Shown one piece after another: positions 22,801-37,136 of a stretch of DNA of 64,000 nucleotides. The DNA lies in the NCBI GenBank assembly GCA_964106645.2, contig OZ067050.1; one strand, given 5' to 3'. The notes under the pieces are model-generated. The model ran no database searches. It was not told the origin of the DNA and saw nothing but the letters and a program-made list of their open reading frames with translations. The stretch's first letter is position 1. Every line of letters begins with the position of its first letter. The position numbers and the translations under genes were made by a program. The DNA comes from Podarcis pityusensis. Lineage: Eukaryota.

Positions 22801-24540
22801 ATGCTTTGAAGAAATTCCCTGAATACTAGTAGATTTTGTGAATGAACTGTGAACAATATGGCACCTTGGAAGGGCTGAAAATCCAAAAACCTACAGATTC
22901 CTATTAATATGAAATCAGTCTGGGCTGTCAATATCCACACCTTTTTAAATGTTATGGTTTCCTTATTTGTCGGGTCTTGCAAAAATACAAGACCTCTCAG
23001 TGCTATAATTGTCAGGGATTCTCCATAGACGATAAAGGTAGTGACTTTATTATCTGTGAACGCTGCATTCATATCTAATGCTACATCATACATTTCATCC
23101 AGGTTATCGAGATGGATTTGATGTGGGATTCTTTGTGTAAAGGCTGAACAAATTCCATTTTGAGAAAGCAATGGCTGGAATTTCTTAATGAAATATTCAC
23201 CACTGTTATCATTAGGAGCAAAGAGCCCAACCCATGTCCAACCAAAGTGCTTAAGCAAGCTGATAATCCCCATGTACTGGTGGGCTTCGTTGGGCACCAT
23301 GCGATAAAAGGATCGGAACTGAGTTCTGTCACTCTCCTCTGGAGGAAAGGAACCATATGCCAGCTAAGAAAAATTGTACAGGTGTTATGCAGTTATGTTA
23401 AAATAATTCATCCTGTACCATGTGACTTTCCATAGCGGATGGAAGAATAAAATCCCTGTGCAACCCTACACATAGCTTACCTGGGGAATATTGTAGAGAC
23501 CTAATATGTCTACCATATGGAAGGAGGTATCAGAGCCAAGTCCCCCAATGATGGATATGAGGGTTTTCTGTGTGTCACATTTGTAGTTGGGGATGAATCC
23601 ACCCATTTTGAAGAGGAGGTCAAGTGTAGTGCGGTAGGTCATCCTTGCATCAAAATAGCTGTCATGGATGTGGAAACCAAGTGTGACATTGTGCAAGATG
23701 TTGGGATTTTCATTTATTTCTTTCACAGCAAATGCCAAGGCAAGTACATGTTGGTAGCATTTGGTCACCATGCTGCAAATAATGTAAATGATTTACAGAT
23801 ATGAATACAGTGTAACATTGAACACATTCTCTTTCAAAATAATTCATACCAGTCAAAGGTTAAGTGAAATCCCTGATCTTGTTCAGAGAAGAATTGAATA
23901 AGCTCTCCACCACAAGAAAGAGCCTCAAATGTTTCAATGCAAACTGAATTACACTAGTTACAAAATAAATAAGCGAGTGTCCACAAGCTAAAGGACATGA
24001 GTAAAACGAGAGAGTGGATTTGGAGGGATGTATATTCCAGAGAATATGTGGCTGTTGTTGTTGTTTGCTGCTTTAAAGAATGCAGAATACTAAGAATGTG
24101 ACTGTGAAATAGAAATGCCTAGGTTGGATCAAGTCGGTTATTTGAGGACTCATAGATTTATTGAGTCAAGCATTTCTTTGCCCCTCTGTTCACCTAAACA
24201 AATCTGCCACACCAGTGGATGAATATTAACAATGTGATGCTACCTTGTGTGAGGCTTGCAATATGAAAGGCAAGACACAAAAGGAAAGGAAACTGAGAGA
24301 GAGGTAGAGAGGGAAACGGTCTTACTGTGGAACCTCAAACAAATTCTGTGAAGGCGGCTCTTTGAAGAAAACGTCATAAAATACATAATAGAGCTGAGAA
24401 ACTATCCCACCAATGATGAGGTCACCTGGCTGGTACCACTCGTGTGGAACAGGAAATGGATCATTCATAGGGCATGCCAAAGTATCTTCTTTGCATGCAA
24501 CAGGCGATTGCAGAAACAAAAATACCAAGAGCCACAACAT
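16816..24540 (-). CDS. V2R gene C, complete, ~873 aa; exons 24540-24326, 23772-23481, 23363-22503, 20579-20352, 19278-19152, 17714-16816
   Basis: Spliced CDS of 2622 nt with no stops. Venus-flytrap domain, Cys-rich exon 5 ([12 protein letters not shown]), 7TM exon with KANN and [15 protein letters not shown]. Confidence 0.93.
17853..18198 (+). mobile_element. Sauria SINE
   Basis: tRNA-like head (ttcgaatccc), ggggtgagctcccgttgctc core, (ACCTTT)n tail, TSD TCTGCTGAAT. Confidence 0.88.
18573..18831. mobile_element. hAT MITE with internal ~33-bp tandem subrepeats
   Basis: TIRs CAGAGGTCAGCAA / TTGTTGACCCCTG; 8-bp TSD CCCTAATT / CCCTAATG; absent from the gene E paralogous intron (~41310). Confidence 0.8.
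19815..19966. mobile_element. Degraded Tc1/mariner-type MITE
   Basis: tcttatacatggggg..tcttatacatgcaaaaatac terminus; absent from the paralogous intron at ~42415. Confidence 0.5.
21146..21926 (+). mobile_element. Unclassified ~780-bp non-coding repeat (LTR-like or DIRS/Ngaro-derived)
   Basis: Absent at the paralogous site 43690-43705. Contains the AATAAAGTTGTGGCC box and an internal inverted complement. No clear TSD. Confidence 0.7.
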
Positions 24541-25389
24541 CCTGCCTCTTAAAACGCAGAGCTTCCTGTGCCCATCAGTACCAGGTTCCTGTCTTGGACT
24601 AGGTACTGTGAATAATGCTTGGCTTTGCCAATGCAGTTCTACAAGAGAGTTCTGTGAGCTGTTTTTGAGAATCAGTTTCTTGGAAACAGGTGCCTATAAT
24701 AGATTGTCAACACTCCGATTTCAAGTCTGGCTATTGATATGGGGTGGGGGAGTCAGAAAGGAAACTGATGAAGTATTGCCTATCTCTTGCCCCTATTCCC
24801 AGTTCTCCATGGCTCGTGGTATATTTTATAATAATTTTCAGCCTTGTTTTGGACTTTTCTAGTGCCTTCTTTAAAACCTCTTTGACTGTGTTTATGTGAG
24901 GAAATTATAGTGATTTGGAAATATTGCTGGTAGAGATAATACGTTGCTCAGGGTTCCCCTCCCCCCCTTAGAGTGGCACTTTGGGCAACAAGAGGCTGGT
25001 ATTCGAGTGCTTCCCCAAGTCTCATCACAAGTTGCCTCTGCTCCTTTGTGGCACACAAATAGATGGCAATTGCCTTTCCATTTTCCCATGTGAGTCAATG
25101 TCAATCAGAGTAAAGCCATTTTCTTTGAGGTTGAAAAGCAGAAAATCCCAAACTATGATCACAGCCCAACTCCAGTTTCGTCTACGCAGTGAATATTTTT
25201 CTACACTTTTTTTTCCCCTACGAAATGAAAGTTACAGGCCAATCCTATACACAAAAGGCTGGTATAAAGGTAAATTATGCTGGGGAGAAAACCTGTTTGA
25301 AACACCATTCTGGAGCAGGGCTACTGCTGGCTGAGAAACCCAAACCTTGTATAAGGAAAAGATGCCTTTAAAATAGAGTTGGAATCCAC

Positions 25390-25574
25390 TAGGGAGGAAG
25401 GTGGGTGTGGTGGGAGTGGGCTGCCCTGGATGTCATCCGGGCGGTATCACCGCACGCCACACCCCAGGGCGTGTGCCTCTTCCCGCGCACCCCCAAGACA
25501 TGCGCTGCTTACCGCGCACTCCCAGGATGCTTGATGCTTGCCGCACCTGCGCCCAGGCATATGCTCCACTACTG
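25390..25574. mobile_element. GC-rich MITE-like insertion (same family as 36472-36644)
   Basis: ggaaggtgggtgtggtgggag..ggatgtcat matches the reverse complement of 36595-36640. Confidence 0.55.
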
Positions 25575-25919
25575 TTTGAATCCCTCATGCAAAAGAGGAA
25601 CACTCTGGAGACATTCTTAGTAATCACCTATATACTAAAACCCTTAATATATAACAAATCAAGGAAAGCGTGGTCGCTTCAGAATGGGCAAATTATTGGG
25701 GCCTCGGCTGCACAAAATTGGGGCCCCTGCCCAGACCTTCTTGACCCCTTTACCTAAGGTGACAGAACATTTTTGTCTGCTTTAATTTAAGAAATGTAAA
25801 ACTTCCAAAATCCCTCCCGCAAAAGAGTATCACCTTGGAGAAGGAACCCAAAATAAACACTTTTATACTAAAACATGTACTATACAGCAATACAATATAT
25901 TAAAGAAATAAGATACAAT

Positions 25920-28900
25920 TTACATCTTTTTCCTTATCAGTTGCTCCCTGTTGTTCAGCTCAGGCCTCAGCACAATGATGTAGCATTTAGGGGCAAAGAT
26001 GCAGCCCAACAATCCAGCACTTGAGGATAAGCTGGAGAAAATCTCCACTGCCACCATGAATTTCCCTTTGGTGCTCAGGTAGCTTGGGACAAAAGAAAGC
26101 CAAACACTGCAAAACAGCAACATGCTGAAGGTAATGAACTTGGCTTCATTAAAACTGTCTGGTAATTTGCGAGCTGCAAATGCCACAATGAAGCTGGCAA
26201 TGGCCAGGAGGCCCATGTAGCCCAAGACACAGTAAAACATGGTCACTGAGCCTTCAATACATTGCACAATGGTTTCTTCCATGACCGAGTGCATGTCTAG
26301 AGCAGGGAATGAGGGAGAGGTCATCAACCACCCAGTACAAGTAATCACTTGAATGAGGGAACAGAAAAGGACAATGGAGTTGGTCAGTCTTTTTCCCACC
26401 CACTTTCTCATACTGGAGCCTGGCTTGGTGGCCATGAAAGCTGCAACTACAGTGATGGTTTTGGCCAACACACAGGAAACAGCCACAGAGAAGACGATGC
26501 TAAAAGCGGGTTGACGAAGAAGGCAGGTCATTTTGCCAGGGTGTCCAATGAATAGAAGAGATGAAAGGAAGCAGAATATGAGGGCAATGAGGAGAATGTA
26601 GGTGAGATCCCTGTTGTTGGCTTTGACAATGGGTGTGTCTTTGTGTTGAATAAAAGTTCCTAGCACCAAAGCTGTGATCAGGGAAAAAGAAAGAGCAACT
26701 AAGGCTAAGCTGATACCTAAAGGTTCCTCATAAGAAAGAAAGCTTATAGTTTTGGGGATGCATCCATTTTTCTTCTTATTTGGATACTGATTTTCTGGGC
26801 ATCTGAAGCAGTCATCCATATCTGAAAAACAGAATAAAGTCAAACTCAAGTAGCAATTCATGTGTGCCTTTTGTCTACTGTATAACATTTCTGCTGAATC
26901 TTACATAGTTTTTTTTAAAAGTATTTTAAGGAGCCATGCTGTGCACCCAGCAGGGTGGTGGCCTTTGTCCAATGTCACCCAGATGGCAGAGTGAGTGGGA
27001 CCTTGGTTTTTTGTGTTGACAGTTAACTGAGACAAAAATGTATTCTGCTCCCTAATTTAATTATATCCAGGCTAGAATACAATTTGCCTTTCATTTGGTG
27101 CCGTAGCCATTTTTAGGCATTCTAAAGCCTTTGTGGGCAGAAAAGCCATTAGGCAGAACCACATCAATAGGGATGTACCATAAAGGGTTTATAAAATGAC
27201 AGGAACAAGGCATGTCCAATCTTGCCGATCTCTCTCTCTCTGATACGCACCCACACACATGCAGTTACCTACTGGGAATCTAGAAGCTTATCTTACCAAA
27301 GACAAAGGTCCAACCTTGTTCAACTCTGAAGGGTGCAGAGTGCATCCACAACATCAAGTAGAATGTCACTCAAACAGCAAGTGCTGGTTAGAATAAGGAC
27401 CCTATATTCACCTTAGTACCATGCAATCCCCTCTTGAAAAAGGTAAAGGTAGAGGACCCCTGAAAGTTAAGTCCAGTCGCGAAAGACTCTACCTCTCATC
27501 TCGCTTTACTGGCCGAGGGAGCCGACGTTTGTCCACAGACAGTTTTTCCGGGTCATGTGGCCAGCATGACTAAGCCACTTGACCAGAGCAGTGCACGGAA
27601 ATGCTGTTTACCTTCCTGCCGGAGTGCTACCTATTTATCTACTTGCACTTTTTCGGCATGCTTTCTCTTAAGGGTAAGGGGACCCCTGACCCTTAGGTCC
27701 AGTCGTGACCGACTCTGGGGTTGCGACGCTCATCTCGCTTTATTGGCCGAGGGAGCTGGCATACAGCTTCCGGGTCATGTGGCCAGCATGACTAAGCAGC
27801 TTCTGGTGAACCAGAGCAGCGCACGGAAATGCCGTTTACCTTCCCGCCGGAGCGGTAACTATTTATCTACTTGGACTTTGATGTGCTTTCGAACTGCTAG
27901 GTTGGCAGCAGCAGGAACTAAACAACGGGAGCTCACCCCGTTGCGGGGGTTCGAACCGCTGACCTTCTGATCAGCAAGTCCTAGGCTCTGTGCTTTAACC
28001 CACAGTGCCACCCATGTCCCTTTCTCTTACCTTTCTCTTACCTGAAGCATTATGACTAAATTTCTGGCCTAATTTCACCCAGGATGGACGTCTAGGTTGT
28101 CCCAGCCACCACATAATTCTCAAATATGCAACTTTTTGTATAATTGTACTACTTGTCAGTTTCTCTTAAATTATGTCTAGAATGAAATCATTTTGGGGGG
28201 CTTAATTTCAGATCCACATGCATGGGATTTCACCAGCCTTCTACATTTTTGAAGTTTTTGATGTGAAGTTACTGGAAAGTAGCAACAAAATATTAACACT
28301 GCTCTGGGCAGGATATTGTGGTTACATGCACATCATATTGTTTAAATTCTTTTCAACAGATATTTGCTGATCTTGTACAATGAAACCTGTCTACCATTCT
28401 GGTTTGAAATCTTCCCTTCTGGACATGGAACACAATCATAGCAGCAAAATTTCTGCCCTTCCTTCCTTTTCTTCTGATTACCAGGGCGGCAGTAGTCATT
28501 GCACACAGAGATAGGCATCACCTGTCAATAAACAGGAAATAATTTCAGAAGGGAGAAACATTTGAAAGTAATGTTTCAGATTTCAGATAAGAAAGTGGAC
28601 CTCTCTTCACATAAATATCTGCATTGGATGGCTGCTTTGTATAATGAACAGGTATTGGCTTATTTTTGTTAGGAAATCAGAAAAAAGAGGCAATACATTT
28701 GGCATGGATTAAACTAGGGCCCCTATCACTCTCCTAAACCTGTCAGGATTTGGTAAGCCCTTTTTGATTCACACTGACTTTGAGTCATAAAACTCCATGA
28801 AAGTGAAACAAGTCAACCTGAAAATACATCCTTCTCTTCCCCACAGGCTTAAGAGGCCATTATACAAGTCTCTTAAATCAGAATTCAGCTGAGGGGGATA

Positions 28901-31900
28901 GCAGAATGCTCATCAGTTTTGACATCCTCCTTCATTTAATGTACACACCTGCCAAATGATGAGAAAGCCAATTTTCATAATTCTGTGGCTCCCACTAGTA
29001 ACGTGGGAAAGTGTGCCAACCCTACCCCGGCCCCTTTTCTATTGAAAGAGAGACCACCCTTTCTTCGGTCATGAATCAATTTTATCTGGATCATTCTGAG
29101 CACTGTCGTACATAGTATATATTATTTTAAAATTCATTTCAACTGGGAACATAGATTTGTTTGGCATGTTCATAGTTTCATCTACCGCTATCCAAAATAT
29201 CTCAATGGAAATAGTAATGGTTATTTTGGATAATCTAAATGACCCATATGGAGAATGTGGGGCCCAGAAGAAAACCCTACTCTCCAGACCTGATTAAAAC
29301 CATTGTGCCACATGATCTTGTCCTTGTGAATGATGAATTTTTTCCCATCAGCTGCATCAGAATCAACCCATCCAACCTTCACTCGAAGGAAGGACCTGTT
29401 TGGGAATGTGACTGTATTCATGATGTCAAATCCACCTCCCATTTCTCTTTGATCAGTAAAGGATACAATTTCTCCAGCTGAGTTGTTAAATGAAATGTCA
29501 TGAAGAACAGGGTGGAGCTAATAAAAAGAGAAAAGAGAGTTGAATTGAAAATAATGTAATGGAGATTTTGAGCAAAATGCCATGATTTACAGAAACCCTT
29601 CTTTATGAATCTCATTTAGGTATAGTAAAATAGCTTCAATTAACAAAGAACATGTGTGAAAAATATGTGATTTTGACACAACAGATGGAGACTTTATTAT
29701 GCATTCACTGAACCCATAATATTATTTCTATCAACATGTACACAATTTAAAATGCTCAATCTTTTTCAGTAAATAAGATTTGGAATAGCATTTCAACAAC
29801 ACTTTTGGATCAGAATGCAATAGAGATGTGTGTGTGTGTGTATAAATATGATAAAGAGCCTAAATAAATACTATTTCAACAGGCTAAAAGCGGCATAGTG
29901 TTGGACATTATAATTGAACTTGTTATTCCAAAACATAACCAAAAAATACCATTTTCCCATAAATGTGTTAGGCTGGTCTATATGTATTCTTTCATAAGTT
30001 ACTGAAATCATAGCTACTATGCACCAAATTTTCTCAGCCCATTCAGATATAGTAGGAGAAATGCTACTTTCCCCCATTTTTAGCAATATTACTATCCACA
30101 AAAGTAATAAAATTGCATAGTATTACTTTATTATGTTCTGGAACAACATCTTTTACATAACCAAGCAGAAATATTTTAGGTTCCAAGGGTATGTAAAATC
30201 TTCTCTTGTATTAATGCAGATATAATAACTTTTTTCTCTTCAGAAGTTAAAAATGCATTGACTAAGGTATGCAATGCCATTTAACAGCACTTGTGGATGA
30301 AAAGTATGATTAAGTCTACTTCAGTCCTATTTTTCTAGAAAAAGAGGTGCCGAAACTCACCATGAACTCCTCCCTCTTTCTCTTAGAATGGCAATGGCAT
30401 CTGTCTGAGAGGTGTCAAAACTCACCTGAGATGTTCCTGAACCCACCTTAGACATGCCGGAACCAAGTGTCGGTGAGTTTCCCTCAAAAAAGGTGTGGTC
30501 TGCTGGCCATAAACTGTCAGGCGGCATTGTTGCTTGGTCACAGTCCCACATCATCGGTCCTGTACTAATCGATTCATGAGAACAACATATTTTGTTTTTC
30601 TTCAATTTGAAAGCATTACCTGCCAAGGCTCCAGATCTTGAACTTTTAATCTTGTACTTCTCCCCGTTGCTCTCTGCTTGGATCTCGGAGAGTAAATTTT
30701 CTGCAAGGCATGAGCCACAGTATAGACACCATTGTAAATGCTGTAACTGTGACCAGTCATGGACATTTCAAATAGAGACCTTGGAAGGTTCTGCAACCTC
30801 TCCTCCCCAGTACACATGTCATTGACCTCCACTGGCGCATCAAGATTTGGGAATACACAGTCAAATGCTTGCTCCCAGAATTTCTTGAAAAAACCATCTC
30901 TCTGGGTCCAAGGTGGCTTTACACTCTGAAGAAATTCTTGGAATGCTAGAAGGTTTTGTGAGTGAATTGTGAAGGAAATGGCACCTTGGAAGAGCAGAAC
31001 ATTCCAAAATTTAATAAGACCCATAGATATGAAATCACTCTGGGCTGTAAAGATCCATACCTTTATAAATGGTGTGTTTTCCTTATTTGTAGGATCTGGC
31101 AGAAATATAATAGCCCTCAGTGCTATAATTGCTAGAGATTCTCCATAAACAATAAATGTAGTGACTTTATTATCTCTGATCTGTATATACATATTTAAAG
31201 CTATATCATGCATTTCATCCACATTATCAACATGGAGTTGTTTTGGGATTCTTTGTGTGAAGGCTGAGCAAATGCCATTTTCAGAAAGCAATGGCTCCAA
31301 AATCTGCAAGAAATGTTCTCCACTGTTATCATTCAGAGCAAGGAGTCCAATCCACATCCATCCAAAATGCTTAAGCAAGTGGATAATCCCCACAAATTGT
31401 TGGGCTTCATTGGGCACCATGTGGTAAAAGGAAGGAGCCTGACTTGCATCATTCTCCGCTGGGGGAAATGAACCATATGCAAACTGAAAGAAAATGTGAA
31501 TATAATCTCAAATTATATGGAAAATATTCACCCTGCACCATTTGGCTTTTTATTCAACAAATTCTAAGCTTTCTTTTTTTCCTAATTGCACATTTTGATT
31601 TGAGCTGTGACTAGATCAGTTTCACATGCCTAGAAATAAAACAGACTAGAATACTTCCCAATAGGTCTGCTCTGTGTAGAACAAACATGGAAGCAACCCA
31701 AAGAAGGAGGAAGAAAATATTCCAATTCTCCCCTTCATACCTCTTACCTGTGGAATCTTGTAGACACCTAATGTATCTGCCATATGGAAGGTGGTATCAT
31801 GGCCAAGTCCCCCAATGGTGGATATGAGGTTTTTTTGGGTGTCACATTTGTAGTTGGGGACAAAGGTCCTCATTTTGAAGAGGAGGTCTAGAGTCGTACG

Positions 31901-33555
31901 GTAGGTCATCCTTGCATCATAATAGCTGTCATAGATGTGGAAGCCAAGTGTGATATTGGGCAAGATGTTGGGATTCTCATTGACTTCTTTCACAGCAAAT
32001 GTCAATGCAAGGATGTGCTGATAAAATTTTGGCACCATACTGTAGATAAAGTAAATTATTTACAAATATGAATTTACTGCAATATTGGACATCTTCTGTT
32101 TCAAACTCAAATGAAAATATTGCATTTGTCATTAACACATCTGAGCTAATAAAAGCCATGCTCTCCAAAGAAAATCCATGATTCATAAGGGCATTACTAC
32201 TTTGTATGGCACTCTCTCACTTCTGCTGTTCTTCTATTGCTTGACATTTCCATCACAGTCAATCAAGGAAAAAGTAAAACTAATCTGTTTTTCCTTAAGT
32301 AGGTGAGAACTTCATTTAACTCACGAAATATGTTCTGTTCTGTGAAAGCGGCAATGTAATAAACCCTTATGTGAAAGTATACTTGAATTCTCAGCATAGG
32401 GTTGGGATAAGGTCAACAAAAAGTCTTGCACAGCAGAACCACACCTTTGAGGTGTGCAGTCCACAGTAGCTAAACACAGTCATTGATCCTGCAGGGCGTC
32501 AGACAGAAAGGGGAGTCAGGTGGCATTAGATTTATCTTTTCACTGGAAGAAACACCTGGCGGTAAATTTTGCCGACTGCCTCTCCTCCTGGCCTAATGCC
32601 CTGTCCTTACAACCTTGTTCCATCTTACCTGATTCAATACAATCCAACCAATCTCCAGAACCCTGCAAATACACCCACTTACTGAACTTTTTCAGATCAG
32701 GAAAGAAGAAATGTTTTTTTCCCTAACATTTTTCAAATATTTAATGGAAAGAAAATTTCCCTTAAGTAATTAAAACCCAGCACACACTGAAACTTTAAAA
32801 AATCTTGAATATGAGGTAGTAAAATATAATACTCTTTTAAAGGACAAGGAAGCTTTGGAGATATTGAAGGACAGTGTATGATAGAGCTCTAGTTTTTTTA
32901 TTATTATTAATATTTCTCTGCAATCTAACCTTATCTGTTTATTTACATTTTCACTCTTCTTTTCCTCACAAATACCCTTGGAGTAACTGTAATAAAAAAA
33001 TATGAAGACTCTTTCCCCATCCCTTTACAAAATAGAAATCATGTTTTTCTATGGGAGAACAAAAGCCATATTTGCTGTCTGCAAACATAGTAGACTGTGG
33101 AAGACTCAGGAGGTGACAGAATGAGTCTGTCGGGAGTACATAAAGGTTTATTGTCAATTATTCAAATCATTTTTTGAGCTGCCAGTATATAACTTTTTTG
33201 TTCCACCATTCAGTCAACATGTGACTTCTACTGCAGCTTGAAAACATCATTGATAAGACAAGCCCTCCCTTTAGGATTCCTGCCTGAAAAACATGAGACA
33301 AAGGGAAAGGCAACCCAGAGGGGGAATGGAAAATTCTTACGATGAAACATCAAACAGGTTCTGTGATGGGTGTTCCTTGAAGAAAACGTCAAAGAAAATG
33401 TAACAGTTCTGAGACACAATCCCACCAATGATGAGGTCACCTGGCTGGTACCACTCATGCGGAACGGGAAAAGGATTATTCCTGGGGCACCGGGTAGAAT
33501 TAGAGCTATTAGAAACAGGAGTGATTTGAAATAGCATCACCAATAGCAGCAACAT
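25920..33555 (-). CDS. V2R gene D, complete, ~875 aa; exons 33555-33341, 32039-31748, 31483-30620, 29517-29290, 28521-28395, 26821-25920
   Basis: Spliced CDS of 2628 nt with no stops, canonical splice sites, all V2R domains. Confidence 0.93.
27438..28020 (-). mobile_element. Two adjacent Sauria SINEs (partial 27438-27660; near full-length 27671-28019)
   Basis: aggtaaaggt tails and repeated gggtcatgtggccagcatgactaag core. The second copy is flanked by TSD CTTTCTCTTA. Confidence 0.85.
29860..30290 (-). mobile_element. Decayed L1 ORF2 C-terminal fragment
   Basis: [11 protein letters not shown]...GKW-like L1 C-terminal pattern, with frameshifts. Confidence 0.45.
30330..30500. mobile_element. 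Degraded DNA-transposon (MITE) remnant
   Basis: tttttctagaaaaagaggtgccgaaactcacc...gccggaacc..ggtgagttt..aaaaaa inverted subterminal motifs. Confidence 0.4.
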
Positions 33556-33927
33556 CCTCGCAGCCTAGCTTCTCTCAGAGTTTGATTCTGCTGTGTGCAT
33601 CCATAGCAGCTACGTTTAAAGAGGCTGCATTCAATTATGCCTGGCTCAGTCAATGCAGCTCTATGAGGGACATTATGAGCTACATTTAATCAAAGTGTTA
33701 TAAATGCATTCCTTGAGTGATAACAGAGGTTATATTGTCGTAAATTGAATTGATAAAGCCCTGCCTGTCGTTAGCCCCTAATGTATCTCTCCATAGGTCA
33801 TGGGGTTATTTTTAATCATGTTCAGGCTTGCTCGTTGATTGTTTCCTTGTTCCTTCAGGAAACCACCTGGAGGTTTAACCTGGTGGGAGAAAGATGCAAC
33901 AATTTAAGTAATTGCAGAATAGGAGTA

Positions 33928-34166
33928 CAGTGGTACCTCGGGTTACCGATGCTTCAGGTTACAGACGCTTCAGTTTATAGACTCCACTAACCCAGAAATA
34001 GTACCTCAGGTAAAGAACTTCAGAATGAGAACAGAAATCATGTGGTGGTGGCGTGGTGGCAGCATGAGGCCCCATTTTAGCTAAAGTGGTACCTCAGGTT
34101 AAGAACAGTTTCAGGTTAAGAACGGACCTCCAGAACGAATTAAGTTCTTAACCCGAGGTACCACTT
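33928..34166. mobile_element. pogo/Tigger-like MITE in the gene D upstream region
   Basis: TA|CAGTGGTACCTCGGGTTA...TAACCCGAGGTACCACT(T)|TA. Confidence 0.85.
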
Positions 34167-35134
34167 TATTAATTACTTATTCAGAGTTTGGAGTCAGAGT
34201 GACACTTTCCCTTTTTTACTCCCAGTTCTGTTCCTTATAGCCAAAAAAGTGATAGAAACATATTCCCTTGGTGAGCTAACAGCAAAAGGAAGCTCAGAGT
34301 GAAGACACTGGTTCTGGAAAACAAAGCAGCAGTGCTATATTTTGAGATTAAAGCTAGTTCTCAAAACAAATTAATTTGGGAAAGCATTTTGGGGGCATGC
34401 TGTCATATTAAAGCACAGCACCAAAACCACACAAGATCCTGGCATCCCAAAATGTGTGTTTTGGAGTGCCGTGCTCTTGAATGGGTCACATAAATTTCCA
34501 TGAAAGCATGGCCCCAGAAGATGTGCATTCTGGTTTTGGTTAGCCTTTTAAGATGCCATAAGACTCCATGCTGATCTTATTCTATTATGTTGTTTTTGTT
34601 AATTATAGCATTTAATTTTAAGTTTGCTAAAGGCTAAGGAGTAAACCCTACACAAATCCAAACTGGAATCCCCCAGATGGTTGGATGGTGCCTTGTATCT
34701 CCTTCTTGCATCTTCTGCAGTCAAGCTGGTGCCAAACGTATTGCTCTGCTTTTCTTTGGGCCCCATAAGTGAGGCTGAGAGGGAGGGGTTCTTGTCATCT
34801 GGGAAGCCCAGGACCTCCACATACGCTGCCCAGGCTTGTGCCCCACAGAGGAAAATTTGGTTTTGCTAACACAGTGGTTTGACTTCATCTCCAGAAGTGC
34901 ACTCAGTTGTCTCTTGAGACGGATGGAAGCCAACAATATCTTAGCCTAATTTATATGTATTCTTTTGTAAAATTAGTTTAATCATAATTACAAAGGACCA
35001 AATTTTCTCAATCCATTAAGTTATAGCAGGAGATATGCCCCCCCCCCCAATTTTAGCTATTATAATTATAGCAGCAGCAGTTATAACTGGAGCCTTTCGT
35101 AACATTTTTGTAAGATTCACAGTTATTGTGAATG

Positions 35135-35470
35135 CCTAACGTTGATAGGCAGAACCCAGGGGTGGTGAAATGTAATGGTTCATCACCCCCTTTAAGCAGG
35201 TGTGATAACACAGAGTGCTCCAGTAAAGGGGTCTGGATGGAAGATTCTGTCCTGAACCCCAACTGGGGAGCAGTTTGGTCATAGAACTTTAAATGGCGGA
35301 TGGGGGGCAGCTTGACTCTAACCCAGGCATGACCCTGTTCAACATCAACTTTCAACCAGAAGACGCATAGACAATGCCTAAGTCTACCTATATTCATAGT
35401 CAATAAAGTTGTGGCCATTTTCAACTCCAGGACATTTATTTTTTCTCCATTTGTCTCCAGGGCACACTGT
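35135..35470 (+). mobile_element. Unclassified AATAAAGTTGTGGCC-box repeat, second family (inverted paralog at 48470-48860)
   Basis: Reverse-complement match to 48470-48860; box at 35402-35416. Confidence 0.65.
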
Positions 35471-36471
35471 GCAATACCTAATGTCAAAAGGTAGGGAGTA
35501 GTTTAAAAACAGCAGGGGAGAACAGGCACCATCTCTCCCTCAGGATTGTGGGTGCCCACTGCCACACATGGGCATACAACATCACGCAGCCAATGAGTCA
35601 CCCTTTTCTGCATGGAGGGATAACTTCAAGTCACTAGGCTGTGTGCAGTGCTTAAAATTTCTGTCTGGCCCTCAGAACTGTCCCCCTGATTCATATCCTG
35701 AGTTTTTGCCCGCATGGAATATATCCTTGAACTGTGATGATGTCTCCTGATGGTCTGAATGGGAAGAGAAAGGAGTATGTGAGTGAGAGGGTAGAAATTA
35801 GGCACTATAAATTAGTAAAAATTGCTTTAAGTATTCTGACCAGTTTCACCTCTGATTCCACCCACCCTGGCAATTGGCCTTCAGAAGGGAATTCAGTCCT
35901 CACACTGAAAGGTTTGCCATCCCTCCAGTTCAGCAATACCTTCTGTTGGTTCATGCAAGTGAGTCAAGCTACTAAACAAAACCAAAAACACCTGTATAGA
36001 GTAGCCTTGATTCCCAATCGGTTGGAGACAAACAGTGTTGGGAAATGGCCTTTATCTAAAAATTTAGCAATGACTTCACTCTGAGTTTCCTGTCATCAGT
36101 TTAGCATGGAAATGTCATTTTCTTTTTATGCCTCTAAGGATCAGAACTATGAGTAAAAAAAAGCAAAAGAGCCGCTCAGAATGAAAACAATGACAAAGTC
36201 ATTCATAATCGTACCCAGCAATTTCCCAAATCAGGGCAATTTCTTCACAGGATCAAACCTCCAGATGCTTCCTAGAAGCAGAAAGAAAACAACAAGCAAG
36301 TCTGAAAGTGGTTATAACTAGTGTGTATTGAGACCAGGGATGGGGCCAGAGGCAGTCAGCGCTCTAGCAATTAAATTTCTGATGTTGAAATCTCTGATTG
36401 TATTCAAAGAATGCATTTTTTACATGTTGATTAAATGCAGCACACATTCTCTATTGTAGGGCTGGGTTAAT

Positions 36472-36644
36472 AGGCCGATCGCGGCACTGCCGAACAATCC
36501 TCCCAGCGGGGGTCCGATCTGACTCCCGCCGGGAGGATCACACCAGCACGGCACTATCCACCGGGGGGGGGCATTTTGTCACCCCTCTCTTGTATGACAC
36601 CCGGGGTGCCACGCTCCCACCGCACCCACCTTCCTACACCCCTG
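36472..36644. mobile_element. GC-rich MITE fragment inserted ~100 bp upstream of the orphan exon 1
   Basis: Interrupts the conserved gggctgggttaa|c..gccatgta upstream motif; ends ...ctacacccctg; (G)TTAA on both sides. Confidence 0.6.
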
Positions 36645-36743
36645 TTAACAGGGCCATGTATCATCCAATCTAGACATTTCTAAGACAGCTAAGATGGAGG
36701 AACACAAGATAGTCTGCATTCAGAAGGAATCTTGGCAGCCAGG

Positions 36744-37136
36744 ATGTTGCTTCTGTTGGTGTTTCTAATACTTCCCGTTTCTGATAGCTCTAATACTATG
36801 AGGTGCCCTGTGAATGATCCTGTCCCTGTTCCACATGAGTGGTACCAGCCAGGTGACTTCATCATTGGTGGCAGTGTTACTCATATTTATTACATTTTCT
36901 ATGAACTTTTCTTCAAGGAACACCCAACACAGAACCTGTTCGATGTTCCACAGTAAAAATCTTCTATGCCCTTAACATTCCTCCATATCACATTTCCTTT
37001 TCCTTTTCTAATGGGGTACAGAAAGAGACTTCATATTTTTTGTTTTGTTCACATAAACTTTATTTACAATTCCTCTGCAGTACAGATATTGCAGAGGAGA
37101 ATGGTAGATACATTAAATCTCTACAAGATTCCCCCG
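36744..37136 (+). pseudogene. Inverted V2R remnant: intact exon 1 (36744-36952) plus the last ~35 nt of exon 2 (37101-37136)
   Basis: MLLLLVFLILPVSDSSNTMRCP...[11 protein letters not shown]...FDVP|GT, then intron 1 joins directly to MVDTLNLYKIPP|GTAAG. Confidence 0.85.

Noticed and set aside
27557-27970. ORFs of the MASMTKPLL... type (also 17894, 56319)
   Set aside because: Chance translations of Sauria SINEs.
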